DNA of 64,000 nucleotides from Candidatus Oxydemutatoraceae bacterium (GTDB lineage Bacteria; Pseudomonadota; Gammaproteobacteria; Poriferisulfidales; Oxydemutatoraceae): NCBI GenBank assembly GCA_965218975.1, contig OZ244717.1, positions 544,001 to 608,000 of the forward strand, read 5' to 3'. Shown piece by piece: positions 52,811 to 64,000 of this stretch (position 1 is its first letter; each line of letters starts with the position of its first letter). The notes under the pieces were generated by a model. It saw only the letters and a program-made list of their open reading frames with translations, ran no database searches and was not told where the DNA came from. The position numbers and the translations under genes were made by a program.

Positions 52811-53359
52811 TCAGGTGCGGATATATGTACCGCTAATCGCATCGGCGATCGGCGTCGGTTTGCTTGCGCCGGCAACTTTACCGGTAACGATGCCGTCGAT
52901 TCCTAACGGAAAAATGCGCGCAACTTCTGCAGCGGTAGTCGCCGGCGGTTCGCCGTGCCGATTAGCGCTAGTAGACACCAATGCACACCCGGCGCTACGA
53001 CACAAAGCGGCGGCAATAGGGTGGGCGGTTACTCGCACGGCAATACTATCGTGCCCGCCGGTTAGCCATTTCGGACAACTGTCGGTTATCGGAAACAACC
53101 AAGTATGTGCTCCCGGCCAACTTGCGGCAACTATCTGTCTGCGATTCTCCGGAATCGCTTTGCAGTAGGAAGTGATTTGGTCGATATTCTCTGCAATTAA
53201 AATCATGCCGCAATGATGCGGACGTTTTTTTAGCCGATATATGCGTTTGACCGCAGCCTCAATATTCGGATCGCAACCAAGCCCAAATACCGCTTCGGTC
53301 GGATAAGCAACAATACCTCCGCGGCGGATGATGTTTGCCGCCTCGCTAATCTTTAGCAT
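52811..53359 (-). CDS. tsaC: Threonylcarbamoyl-AMP synthase (Sua5/YrdC)
   Basis: YPTEAVFGLGCDP, LVSTSAN. Confidence 0.95.
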   Translation of the reverse strand: MLKISEAANIIRRGGIVAYPTEAVFGLGCDPNIEAAVKRIYRLKKRPHHCGMILIAENIDQITSYCKAIPENRRQIVAASWPGAHTWLFPITDSCPKWLTGGHDSIAVRVTAHPIAAALCRSAGCALVSTSANRHGEPPATTAAEVARIFPLGIDGIVTGKVAGASKPTPIADAISGTYIRT

Positions 53360-55691
53360 TACCGAATTTCTTCTTCGCCGGTACGGCGCGTTTCTTTTTC
53401 AGAGGCGCTGCCTCCAGCAGGCTTTGACATTCTTCCAAACTTAATGTCGCAGCATCGGTGTCTTTGCCTATGCGCACGTTGTTACTGCCGTCGGTGATAA
53501 ACGGTCCCCATCGCCCTTTGAGGATTCGAACATTGCAGCCGGGGAAATCTCTAATGACTTTTTTGGCATCCGCTTGTTTCTTTGCTGCAATCACTTCCAA
53601 CGCGCGTTCCAAAGTAATGGTGTACGGGTCGTCTTCTTTGAGCGAGGCAAACTTGTTCCCGTATCTGAGATAAGGACCATATTTGCCGATATTCGCTTGC
53701 ACCGGTTCTCCTTCATGTGTTTCGCCGATTTCTCGCGGTAGATTAAACAATTCCAGCGCCTCTTCCAATATGATTTGACTGATCTTTTGGTGGGGACGCA
53801 ATGATGAAAATTGCGGTTTCTCGTCGTCTTCACGAGTGCCGATTTGCGCGTAAGGACCGTATCGTCCGAGCCGAACACTGACTGTTCTGCCGCTTTTCGG
53901 ATCAGTACCCAATTCGCGTATCGGACTGGCGTCGGCGCGGGTAACGTTTTTCTCCGTCGAGTCGACCATTTGCTTAAAAGGTTTCCAGAATTCACGCATT
54001 ACCGGAATCCAATCGCGTTCACCGCGCGAGATATTATCCAACTCGTCCTCCAAATCGGCGGTAAATTCGTAGTCGACATAGCGATTAAAATATTTGGTTA
54101 GGAAACAGTTTACAGTACGTCCGGTGTCGGTCGGGTGAAAACGTTTTTTTAGCAACTCGGCATAGCCGCGATTCTGTAATGTTGCAATAATTGACGCATA
54201 AGTTGACGGACGACCGATACCGTGCCCTTCAAGCGCTTTGACCAAGCTGGCTTCCGAATAGCGCGGCGGTGGTTCGGTGAAGTGCTGTTCGGCATTAATT
54301 TTCTCTAAAGCGACACGTTCCTTTTCGCTTAAAGGCGGTAATTTTTGTTCGTCCGAGTTTCCCTCTTTCTTTATTCTGCAACTGCTTGATTCCCTTTCTT
54401 CATGCGCTTCGGTATAGGCTAGCATAAAACCGGGTTCTATGACGGTCGAGCCGGTCGCGCGCAATGTGTAATCGCCACATTGAAAATCGACGCTTACCGT
54501 ATCTAAGGTTGCATGAATCATCTGACATGCAACGGTACGTTTCCAAATTAATTCGTACAAACGGTACTGGTCGGCCTGCAAATAATTTTTAGTCGATCGG
54601 GGAGTGTGCATCATTGAAGTCGGGCGTATGGCTTCGTGCGCTTCTTGAGCATTTTTAGATTTGGTTTTATACAAACGCGGTTTGTCGGGGACACGTTCCT
54701 TTCCATACTCCCGCCCTATGTAATTACGGATTTCTTTGATTGCGTCATTGGCAAGTGTGACCGAATCGGTCCGCATGTAAGTGATCAAGCCGACCGGGCC
54801 GGAACCCAAATCAATTCCTTCGTACAATTGTTGTGCAATGCGCATCGCTTTGCTTGCTGAGAACCCGAGCTTACGTACCGCATCTTGTTGTAAGGTTGAT
54901 GTGGTGAACGGCGGCTGAGGATGACGCTTACGTTGTTTCTTTTCAATTTTTGCGACAGACACTCCGTCTGCGGCAACAGTTCGGATTGCATCACGTATTT
55001 GAAAAGCGTGCTTTTCATCAGCGATATCAAACTGATTGACTTTTTTCCCATTGATCGCATACAGACGCGCAGGGAATCGGCTTTCCTCTTTGTTTAGCAA
55101 AGCATCAATCGTCCAGTATTCGCGCGGTTTGAATGCTTCGATTTCGAGTTCTCTTTCGACGATCATGCGCAATGCCGGACTCTGCACGCGCCCCGCTGAT
55201 AACCCACTTTTGATTTTGCGCCATAATAACGGCGACAGATTAAATCCGACCAGATGATCCAATGCTCGACGCGCTTGTTGCGCATTAATTAAATCGTTCG
55301 ATAAGTTGCGCGGATTTTCAAATGCTTTGAGAATTGCGCTTTCGGTTATTTCGTGAAAGACGATGCGGTAGATGTTTTTTTTGCCCAAGAGTTTCTTTTC
55401 TTTAAGCAGTTCGCACAGATGCCATGAGATCGCTTCACCCTCACGATCGGGGTCGGTGGCAAGATACAGGTTGTCCGCTTTTTTCAAGGAGGTAACAATT
55501 TGCCCGATTTGTTTTCCGCTGTTTTTTAATGCCTCGTACTTCATTTCAAAATCATTGTCAGGATCAACCGCGCCTTTTTTCGGAATGAGGTCGCGGATAT
55601 GTCCGTACGAGGCAAGGATATCATAATCCTCACCTAGAAATTTCTTGAGCGTTCTAGATTTTGCCGGTGACTCGACGACAACTAAATTCAT
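53346..55691 (-). CDS. topA: DNA topoisomerase I
   Basis: VVESPAK, ATDPDREGEAI, SAGRVQS, ITYMRTDS, C-terminal GRYGPY repeats. Confidence 0.98.
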   Translation of the reverse strand: MNLVVVESPAKSRTLKKFLGEDYDILASYGHIRDLIPKKGAVDPDNDFEMKYEALKNSGKQIGQIVTSLKKADNLYLATDPDREGEAISWHLCELLKEKKLLGKKNIYRIVFHEITESAILKAFENPRNLSNDLINAQQARRALDHLVGFNLSPLLWRKIKSGLSAGRVQSPALRMIVERELEIEAFKPREYWTIDALLNKEESRFPARLYAINGKKVNQFDIADEKHAFQIRDAIRTVAADGVSVAKIEKKQRKRHPQPPFTTSTLQQDAVRKLGFSASKAMRIAQQLYEGIDLGSGPVGLITYMRTDSVTLANDAIKEIRNYIGREYGKERVPDKPRLYKTKSKNAQEAHEAIRPTSMMHTPRSTKNYLQADQYRLYELIWKRTVACQMIHATLDTVSVDFQCGDYTLRATGSTVIEPGFMLAYTEAHEERESSSCRIKKEGNSDEQKLPPLSEKERVALEKINAEQHFTEPPPRYSEASLVKALEGHGIGRPSTYASIIATLQNRGYAELLKKRFHPTDTGRTVNCFLTKYFNRYVDYEFTADLEDELDNISRGERDWIPVMREFWKPFKQMVDSTEKNVTRADASPIRELGTDPKSGRTVSVRLGRYGPYAQIGTREDDEKPQFSSLRPHQKISQIILEEALELFNLPREIGETHEGEPVQANIGKYGPYLRYGNKFASLKEDDPYTITLERALEVIAAKKQADAKKVIRDFPGCNVRILKGRWGPFITDGSNNVRIGKDTDAATLSLEECQSLLEAAPLKKKRAVPAKKKFGNAKD

Positions 55692-55727
55692 GAGCAAACC
55701 TCTTTCAAAATAATGAATCGATATAGT

Positions 55728-56840
55728 TTATAACAAACGGATGTAAACGCTATTTTGTACGCTAATATACCCTTTTAATTCCAATGCGGATAAGGTGGAT
55801 AAAATTTCAGAAATAGGTAAATTACACCGCGTTACAAGATCATCCGCCGTTGTGGGCGAATCATACTCCATCTTTATCAACACTTCTTGTTGGTGAGGAT
55901 TTAAGTCTGCTTCGGGTGTCGCAACCGTTGTTGCGGAATCCATCTGCGATGTTGCTGATATATCAAGCATCGGTGCCAATTCGGCAATGATATCTTCCGG
56001 GGTATGTACTAATTTTGCGCCCTGTTGAATCAAACGATGACAACCAGCAACCATCGGATTGCTCACCGAACCCGGGAGAGCCAAAACTTCGCGATTTTGT
56101 TCGCATGCAAAACTTGCAGTAATTAACGAGCCGCTGCGTCGTGCGGCTTCCACCACTAAAACACCGAGAGATAATCCGCTGATAAGCCGATTACGCTGTG
56201 GGAAGTGCTGTGACTTTGCTCGTATGCCGCAGGAAAATTCCGACACGATCACACCATCTTCCGCAATACGTTCGGCAAGTTTCTTATTTTGTGTCGGATA
56301 CACCAAATCAGATCCGGTTGCAATGACTGCAACAGTGGGTGCGTTGTAATCTAAGGCAGCCCGATGTGCGGCTGTATCGATACCCAATGCAAGACCGCTG
56401 GTAATTGTCAAGCCGTAGTTTACAAGTGCGCCGACAAAGTTATGTGTATGACGTAATCCGGCAGCAGTCGGACGACGGGAGCCGACGACAGCAATTTGAG
56501 GCAGTTTCAATAAATCGATGACACCGGTAGCAAATAATACGACCGGCGCGGCGCTAATTTCACGTAATTGCGGTGGGTATGCCGCATCGGTATAAATGAG
56601 AATATGATGGTCGGTTTGTTGTCCCCATGCCAAGTCACGCTCAATTAATGGCTCGCATGGCTGCTGTAAAAATTGGATGGTTACTTGATGCATGCCGTTA
56701 GCTTTAAGCTCCGCTGCCGACGTCGAACGCAGTGTGACAATATCGCCATAGTGCTGTAAATATTTTAATGCACGGCGCGCGCCCAACTTAGGCGCATGAT
56801 GTAAAGTCAGCCAATCGTGTAGCGATATTGATCCGTGCAT
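55728..56840 (-). CDS. dprA: DNA processing protein DprA
   Basis: AVVGSR, SGLALGID, FPQRNRLISGLS, SGSLITA. Confidence 0.96.
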   Translation of the reverse strand: MHGSISLHDWLTLHHAPKLGARRALKYLQHYGDIVTLRSTSAAELKANGMHQVTIQFLQQPCEPLIERDLAWGQQTDHHILIYTDAAYPPQLREISAAPVVLFATGVIDLLKLPQIAVVGSRRPTAAGLRHTHNFVGALVNYGLTITSGLALGIDTAAHRAALDYNAPTVAVIATGSDLVYPTQNKKLAERIAEDGVIVSEFSCGIRAKSQHFPQRNRLISGLSLGVLVVEAARRSGSLITASFACEQNREVLALPGSVSNPMVAGCHRLIQQGAKLVHTPEDIIAELAPMLDISATSQMDSATTVATPEADLNPHQQEVLIKMEYDSPTTADDLVTRCNLPISEILSTLSALELKGYISVQNSVYIRLL

Positions 56841-56984
56841 CCGTCTATTGAAAGAGACCTTTTGCGCTCGCTGAAAGACTTCCCGATGAATGGCAGTGTT
56901 TGAGAGATAGATGGTTGTGGTCTAAAGTTTGTAAAAACCCTTTCCGTCCCGCAGTTATAGGATCTTCTTGAAGAGAAGCTCAAG

Positions 56985-57051
56985 GATAATGCTATTGCCG
57001 AATGCTTCCCTTGAAGATCTTCAAGAATCCCATTTAGGGTGGCATCGTACA
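56985..57051 (+). mobile_element. Isolated IS481-family right-end remnant
   Basis: AATCCCATTTAGGGTGGCATCGTACA is identical to the end at 22749, with similarity extending about 40 bp upstream. Confidence 0.8.
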
Positions 57052-57108
57052 ACTGAGGCGTAAATTTGCTATAATATCCATTATAGCGATGACCGAAGCG
57101 GTGATGAG

Positions 57109-57627
57109 ATGGCGATATTAAATATTCTAAAATTTCCTGATAAACGCCTTAGGAATAAAGCGGAGTCTGTTTTGCAAGTGGATAATAAAGTGCGTCAGAT
57201 AGTGGATGATATGTTGGAGACCATGTACGAAGCGGCAGGTATCGGCTTGGCGGCAATTCAAGTTGACATCAAACAGAAAATTATTGTGATTGATATTTCC
57301 GAAGATCGCGATATACCTCTGTGTTTGATCAATCCTGAAATTCTCGAACAAGAAGGCCGCGCTGAAATTGAGGAAGGATGCCTATCGGTACCGGATTATT
57401 CGGCGAAAGTACAACGTGCCACGAAGTTAAAAGCGCATGCGCTCAACCGTGACGGCAAGTCGTTCGAGCTTAACGCGGACGGATTGTTGGCAATCTGTAT
57501 TCAACATGAAATGGATCATTTGGACGGTAAATTATTTATCGATTATTTGTCGCCGCTGAAACGTGAGTATCTGACGCGCCGGATTAGGAAAAAGCATACG
57601 AGCAAAATTCAAGCCGTCGCCATTTAG
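57109..57627 (+). CDS. def: Peptide deformylase
   Basis: [20 protein letters not shown]. Confidence 0.98.
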   Translation: MAILNILKFPDKRLRNKAESVLQVDNKVRQIVDDMLETMYEAAGIGLAAIQVDIKQKIIVIDISEDRDIPLCLINPEILEQEGRAEIEEGCLSVPDYSAKVQRATKLKAHALNRDGKSFELNADGLLAICIQHEMDHLDGKLFIDYLSPLKREYLTRRIRKKHTSKIQAVAI

Positions 57628-57672
57628 CAATATCTCTTTCTCTTTGTTTCTTTACTACTGCGGTGATTGACT

Positions 57673-58641
57673 ATGCGTGTTGTCTTTGCCGGCACGCTGG
57701 CTTCTACCATCCCTATCATCGAGACGATTGCACGAAACACACAGAAATGTTCACTTGTTGCAATCTACACCCAACCCGATCGTAAAGCCGGACGCGGGCG
57801 CAAACCGAGAGCAAGCGCGGTCAAGCAATGGGCGTTGGCGCGCGGGTATTCATTGGAGCAACCCGCGCAGTGGGATGAAGCGGCAATAGTGCAGTTGCGG
57901 CAATATCGGCCGGATTTACTGATTGTCGCTGCGTATGGTGTGCTGCTTCCGCAAGCGGTTATCAATTTGCCGTCACTTGCGTGCATGAATATTCACACAT
58001 CTTTATTGCCTAGGTGGCGCGGCGCCGCGCCGGTGGTACGTGCCATTCAACACGGCGATACGGTTACCGGCGTGAGCTTGATGCGGATGCGTTTGGCGCT
58101 TGATACCGGGGAGATTATTAGTCAGAATAAATGCCCGATTTCTGAGGTTGACACTGCCGGTACATTGTGTCAAAAACTCATGGCATCGGTGAGTACGATG
58201 CTTGAGGATTTTCTAAAGGATGCCGCAAGTAAAATTGCTGAAGCTAAGCCGCAATCTGATGCGGGAGTATGCTATGCGCAAAAAATCACTAAACAGGAGG
58301 CGTGGATTGACTGGAATCAATCGGCACGGCAGATTGTTCGACAAGTTCGCGCATTCAATCCGATACCGGTTGCTCAGACGTACTGTCAAGACAGTAGTTT
58401 AAGGGTGTGGCGTGCTGCGGTTTTTGATTCGGTATCCGCCGCAACTCCGAGTGCAGAAAATGTGCCGGGAGAGATTATTGCAGTTCAACCTGCAGGCATC
58501 GCCGTTCGCTGCGGTAAAGGGATAGTGTCTTTGACCGAAGTGCAGCTTGCCGGGAGAAAAGTTTTGCCGGCATTTTCTTTTGCTCAAGGGTATGATTTGG
58601 CTGGGGTTGTGCTAGGCAAGTCGCTGCAAGACGAAGAATAG
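57673..58641 (+). CDS. fmt: Methionyl-tRNA formyltransferase
   Basis: YTQPDR..GRG, VAAYG, NIHTSLLPRWRGAAP, RAFNP; follows def. Confidence 0.96.
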   Translation: MRVVFAGTLASTIPIIETIARNTQKCSLVAIYTQPDRKAGRGRKPRASAVKQWALARGYSLEQPAQWDEAAIVQLRQYRPDLLIVAAYGVLLPQAVINLPSLACMNIHTSLLPRWRGAAPVVRAIQHGDTVTGVSLMRMRLALDTGEIISQNKCPISEVDTAGTLCQKLMASVSTMLEDFLKDAASKIAEAKPQSDAGVCYAQKITKQEAWIDWNQSARQIVRQVRAFNPIPVAQTYCQDSSLRVWRAAVFDSVSAATPSAENVPGEIIAVQPAGIAVRCGKGIVSLTEVQLAGRKVLPAFSFAQGYDLAGVVLGKSLQDEE

Positions 58642-58659
58642 TAAAGGGCCGGGCACATA

Positions 58660-59055
58660 CCGTGAAATACTTCTCAATCAGTGGCGAAAAGCCCCGGCAT
58701 GGCCTCTAGGTATTGAAGTAGAAAAGGGTATTTTCCGCAGAGGAAATGATGAAGAAATCCGGACCGGAAGGTTGACATGCGCGACATAGAAACGAAGCTT
58801 GCGAGCGGATAACGTAGTAGAATCAAGGATTACAAAGCAATCGTTCGAGACTCCGATAACAAAGTACTGGGGTTGTGGGTACAAACCGGAAGCCTGCGCA
58901 GAACGGGCAGGTATTTAAGTTCCTAGATCCGTTTGTTAATGCGGGCAGCATTTAGCTTGAAACAGCAGGCAGCCTAAAGGACGGACGTAACGTCTGGGTG
59001 CTTGCAAGTCTAGGCTCCGGTTTTACCCCGGCAAAGGGTGATGAAATGAGGTTGA
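58660..59055 (+). pseudogene. DUF932-family (phage/plasmid-like) pseudogene
   Basis: Translation across frameshifts gives SGEKPRHG/LGIEVEKG, YKAIVRDSDNKVLG/VVG...QNGQVFKFLDPFVNAGSI*LETAGSLKDGRNVWVLA. Confidence 0.75.
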
Positions 59056-59128
59056 TTTTTCAGCAGGCGAAAGCGCGTCCGTAGCAATGGCAAATGCGCT
59101 AATGTGTGTAAATACAAAACTGTGCATA

Positions 59129-62100
59129 TCAGGCCCAGAGCCAATCCAGTTCCGAGAACGCGAGCTTGCGGTCAAAGTTCTCGATGTTGTCTCGGACATT
59201 CAGGATCAGGCAGCGGTCGCCGCCGCCATTCTTCGGTCCCCGCAAGCCCCTGCCGATCATTTGGAAGTAAAGGTTCGGGCTATACACCGGCCGTGCCACG
59301 ATGATGGCGCGGGTCTTGGGCGCGTCGAATCCCTCCCGGAACACGGCGTAGTTCACGAGCGCTTTGATCTCGCCGCGACGGAACTCCTCGACCACGCGGC
59401 GGCGGGTCGCCGTTTCCGTCTCTGCACTCACGGCGCGCGACCGGATGCCCCTCCGATTGAGGAGAGCCGCCACCGTCTGCGCATGCTCGACGGATGTCGC
59501 GAAGATGAGGGTGGGCCAATCCGGATCGACATGCTGTCCATAGGCTTCGATAATGCGCCTCGTCTGTTCGGCGCTCCGGGCGATCCGGTCCTCGACACTC
59601 GGCGGCAACCAAGGCAGCGACAGCCACTTTTCCAGTTCCCGCTCCCGATCATCGGAGTCGAGGGAGTTTTCCAAGATATCGTCGAGCGAGAATGTTTCGC
59701 CCTCGATGGTTTTGTGATCCGCTTGGGCCAGCACATCCTTAGCCTGTAGCTCCTGAATAACGTCTTGGGCGTTGTCGCTCTCGAATGCTCCGGCATCGAG
59801 CCGGTTGCCACCGTAACGATTGGCCAGCCACTTTGTTTCTTCCTCGTTGTATCCACGATAGGGAGTAGCGGTGAGGCCGAGCATGAATGGCTCGTCGGCC
59901 CTTTGGAAGCGCGTCAAGCCGATTTCGTCCATAACCGAAGTGAAGGTCGGGGCAATCGACCGATGCGCCTCGTCGAAGACGACCAGCTTGAAATTGGCCA
60001 GAAATTCGTATTCGCCGGGCTGCTTGGATAGCTTGGCATTGAGCGTCTGGATCGTCGCGACGACGACATGAAGGTCGCTTGTGGGGAGCGGTTTCGGTTG
60101 TCCGTCCCACATTCTGGAAACGCGAAGATGCGATTCATGAGGACCGATACTCGACCAGACTTGGCGCCAAGCCTCCATAGCCTGCTCGCAAAGCTCGCTC
60201 CGGTCAGCGACCCATAGGATGCCACCTTTGAAGCCGCCATCGCGCATCGCTTCGACGATCGCCTGAACGGCAACCCGCGTTTTACCCGATCCGGTCGGCA
60301 TGCTGATCATCCCGCGTCGTTCGGCACCGCCCCCGTGCTCGTTATCCAGCATGTTTCGGACGTTATCGGCGATAGTCTTCTGGTAGTCATGGAGGAGCGA
60401 AAGGGAGCAGGGACCTTCGACTTCCAAGAAGGGATCACGTTTCTTCTTTCGCTCTCCGGCCCATTCAGTGGAGAACCCGAGCGAATGCACGAACTCGATG
60501 GCCCGAGGCGACCCGGCCCATTGCGACGGCGGATCGAGACGGTCCAGCGCTTGCTTGTATCGCTTGAGCGCATCGGTGTGATACATCGCGATGGCCGCTC
60601 CCGTGATCTTGACGCCCGTCAGCGTGATGCTGTCCTTCTCGAGCTTGAGCACGTCCAAAAGCGAAGCAGGAAGTTCTGTGTGTAGCTGTTGTTCTCCCAC
60701 CGCAGCCAAGAGACGTTCGGCATCGGTCAAGTGCTGCCGTATTGCGGCGCGTTGTTCCTCGATCTCCTGCGGCGTCTTGCGCTGCACAATTGCCAAAATC
60801 TGCGTGGGACTCAGTTTAAGTTCCAATTCGCCTGCAACGACCTTCAGTTTACGTTGCTCGTCATCGTCAACAGTGCCTTCGAGATAGATGTCGGGGGAGA
60901 GAAAGACACACTCGCGTGATTCATCCATGACCAGGATTCGTTCGCAGGGGACGATACGGCATCGCTTCTGATGATCCTGAAGGTGTTCCTCCAATCCGGG
61001 CCAAACATCGGTCAGTGGGATTGGGTCTCCTTCGCTGAATAACTTCGGGGTTGGTTCGGTCAGATCGAACGCCGCCTTGATTTCTTCGGCTTTCGGATGG
61101 TTCAGTAGCACGTGCAGAGCTTCCGGGTTCGCCGGGTGAGGCCCAAGTGCGTCCTTCAGCGACACAATGCCAGTGGACGTTCGGATTCGTCCGTGCTCGT
61201 GGAGCATCCAGACTGCTGGCGATTTACACTCTAACGGTAGGTAGGTACAGGTCAGATCCCTTGTGCCGCATCGTCCATGGGCCGTACACGGCATTGTTTG
61301 ACAATAGAGCATTCGTAAATTGTGCACGACCTTCATCGGAGAGATGACGAAGAACTTCCAATGGTCCACAACCGACGCTCGTCTCGAAACCTAGAAGATA
61401 GGAATGTGGATTCTTTTCTAAAGAGCGACTAGCGAACCGCTTGCGCCAGTAGCCCAGGAACTCTTCAAACGACGGCTCCGCCGACAGATCGCAGTCGTCG
61501 TGTGGCACTTCCGTCGCATCAAGAGCGCGCAGCAACTTTTTGTCCGGTTCGTGGAAGTGCATATCCACAGTCGCATCATCGTCCCGACTTCCATCGCCCG
61601 GCACGATGTCGCCCGGCAGCAGCACGGAGTGCAAAGGCTGCCAAGTACCCGCACGCATCCGCACTCAGAGTTTCATGGGCCATAGTTCTCGCCCTTTCTG
61701 ATCCTTTGGCCCCCGAACAATGGCATCAGCGTCTTCCACCGACAGCTTGCGCGAAGCGGTCCAGAACTCCTGATGAAGGTTCTCGCTTGCTTCTTGACCG
61801 GCGCCGCTTCCGAGGATGTGTTTTGCTACAACGTTGAACCTGTTCTCTGGCGACGGCAGCTTGAGGCCCAGCTTCTTCAACGCCGAAAGTGTGTCGGGGT
61901 CCGACGCCAGTTTCGGATGGACGCAAGACTTCGGGTCCGCGGGATCGTCTCCGTTCAGCGCATTGTCAGGCAGGAAGAGGCGTTCGGAATCGGGCGACCG
62001 CCAATCGCTGTTTGCTGTCAGGACGATATCGCCAAGTCCTTCGTCCGACCTTGCTTCGGACGGTATCGCTGCAGCCGTCTGTATCGCCGCCATGGACGCC

Positions 62101-63593
62101 CGAATCGCCTCGTCTCCTTCCTTGCCCTCCACGAGCGCCCGCAGCCACACCGCGATCGGGGCCCTGGGCGCGGGCTCGCTATCGTGGGATCCATAATCTG
62201 ACCGCTTCCGTTTCGGAGGAAACAACCGGTCAATGGTAGCAAGCCGATTGCGTGTGAGTGCTTTATGATGAAGCCAATTGCGCGGACGGTCCGGGTATGC
62301 CGCCCAGCGCTCAAGCGGCTCTAGCTTTGAGGTTAACTCTTTCGGTGGGTACAAGAGGTTATTGTAAACACATAAGTTCCTACCTTGATCGGGGATAATT
62401 TCGCATTTGTGAAGATTAGTGAACAGGAGATCGCGAAGAAGATCGACCTGTTTGGAATCGCCTCCCCCGTGTCGGCGCGGCAACGCATCCAAATGCTGGG
62501 CAGGGTCGTCATGAGTCGTGAGTTCCGGGAGCGCTTCGGCAATCATCGCCGCCGCCGCTTTGATCAGCTCCTCATTGTACGCTCCCGGCAACAGATTCTG
62601 TCGATCCTCGTTGGTCTTCCATGGCGCATTAAGGATACCTGCGACGAGGCTCGCGGTGTCGGTCGGAAAGAATGCCCAGAATTGGCCCGGATCGGGCAAC
62701 CTATTGAGCGGTACTGCCCACTGGATGCGCACCTTCTTGTCGCTGCCGTCCCCGGATCGCTGGTTGTCGTCGTCACGAGCATCACTCGACAGCGGGTGGG
62801 TGCACTCGAACAGTTTCCATTCATTGATCGTATCCTTGTTAGCTAGCGTATCCTTGTCAGCTAGGAGGTACTTGTCGTTGTCCCTCTCTAGCTCCAGCAC
62901 GCGGTTCAACTTCTTTGAATTGTCGGTGAGCGTGATCTTCTTGACGTGTGCAACGAAAAGGAGAAACATCGGCGGGAAGCCCTGAATCTGCTGGGCAAGC
63001 TCCCCGTGCGCTCCCATCCTGAGGGGCAGGCGAACAATGTTCGTCGCCCAACTCATCAGTTCCCGCAATTCTTCATCCGTTTTCTTTGCGTCCTCGGGAT
63101 CAACGGGCTCGGGTAGACGCAGCACCGGGTAGTGATCGGCCGGTGCGACCTTTGCTATGCGCTCCGCCGCGCGCCTCTTGTCGAAACGGAACGAACCTGA
63201 GCGGCTGTAGAACTCGGGCGCGTCGGTCACGCGCAAGACAGACTTGAAGCCGCGCCCGAATCTGCCGATCGCGGCGGTGTTCCGCTTGCTCGACATTCGG
63301 TCGAACATCAGCCCCTTAACACCGTCTTTATCTATGGGAGTTCCGTCATCGGCGCAGTAGAGGAATCCTTTCGTCAGGCAGATCAGGATGCGCTTCCCTT
63401 TCGGCGCATCAAGCAAGGCATCGGCACTGTTCTGGACGAGTTCGAACAATTGGCGGTGGGCATATCCGCCCTGAGCTGTATCTTGTTCCAACCGGGCGTG
63501 TTCCGTTATCAGATTCGGTTGCTCGCGGTATACATTGAAGCTCTTTTTCGCTTCCTTGACGATGAACGCGCCCAACGGATCTTCAAGGACCAA
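59129..63593 (-). pseudogene. Disrupted ~1490-aa sacsin-N-like GHKL ATPase + SF2 (DEAH) helicase fusion
   Basis: N-terminal part has ELVQNSADA, ADDG and IGRFGRGFKSV. An in-frame TGA at 61665-61667 is followed directly by the next ORF, with a frameshift near 61250. C-terminal part has MPTGSGKT, DEAH, TAT and QMIGRGLR. Confidence 0.82.
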
Positions 63594-64000
63594 CCCAATC
63601 CGATTTTCTGCCGGAAGCGGAATCGTATGCGCGCTTCATTCGCCTGATCCGTATTGACGTTGATCAGAGTCATGCGCACGATACCAAAATAAGTCGGGGC
63701 ATCTCAGCACTGCAGGATGTCTGAGTCTCATGGATGGCTTACGCATACTTAATCCTATCATAGCCCGACATGCTTTCGGAATGATGTGTACGGGGTCATC
63801 GCATAATTGCACAATTTGTGGCGGGCTTACACATGCTATTGCTTATTCGAAAGAAGGAGATACACTGAATGGAGAAGGAGAATTGTAACTAACATAAAAG
63901 CATTGTAGAGGGCCGTGTGTGCGCTATTGCAGATGTATGATGCGTTTGGATGCCTTGCCGAATGTGCCGTTGATACGGCGGCATATACGCCTGTCGTTAC

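Overview
This is a gammaproteobacterial chromosome segment, probably from a host-associated organism. Most of it is housekeeping genes: ctpA, glmS-glmU, nrdAB, tsaD-yggT-proC-plsY, bioHC, dapF-DUF484-xerC-hslVU-ubiEJB-uvrD, a TRAP transporter, thrB, polA, ubiA, aroE-hemB-hemF-tsaC-topA-dprA and def-fmt. Five accessory features stand out. (1) An acidic ~480-aa protein with four near-identical 85-aa repeats carrying 24 tyrosines in eukaryotic SH2-docking contexts (YxxM, YxN, YxxP, EPIYA-like), a candidate host-signalling effector. (2) Several decayed IS481-family elements nested in one another. (3) A ~175-bp structured non-coding element found in 10 full or partial copies, only inside those IS481 transposase genes and always in the same orientation; each copy replaces a piece of the gene, and the element shows palindrome covariation and a variable loop. 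(4) An apparently intact IS1634-family element flanked by a 433-bp direct repeat that leaves both neighbouring genes intact. (5) A GC-richer island edge after fmt with a DUF932 pseudogene and a broken ~1490-aa sacsin-like ATPase/SF2 helicase gene. All calls come from reading the sequence and motifs; no database searches were run.
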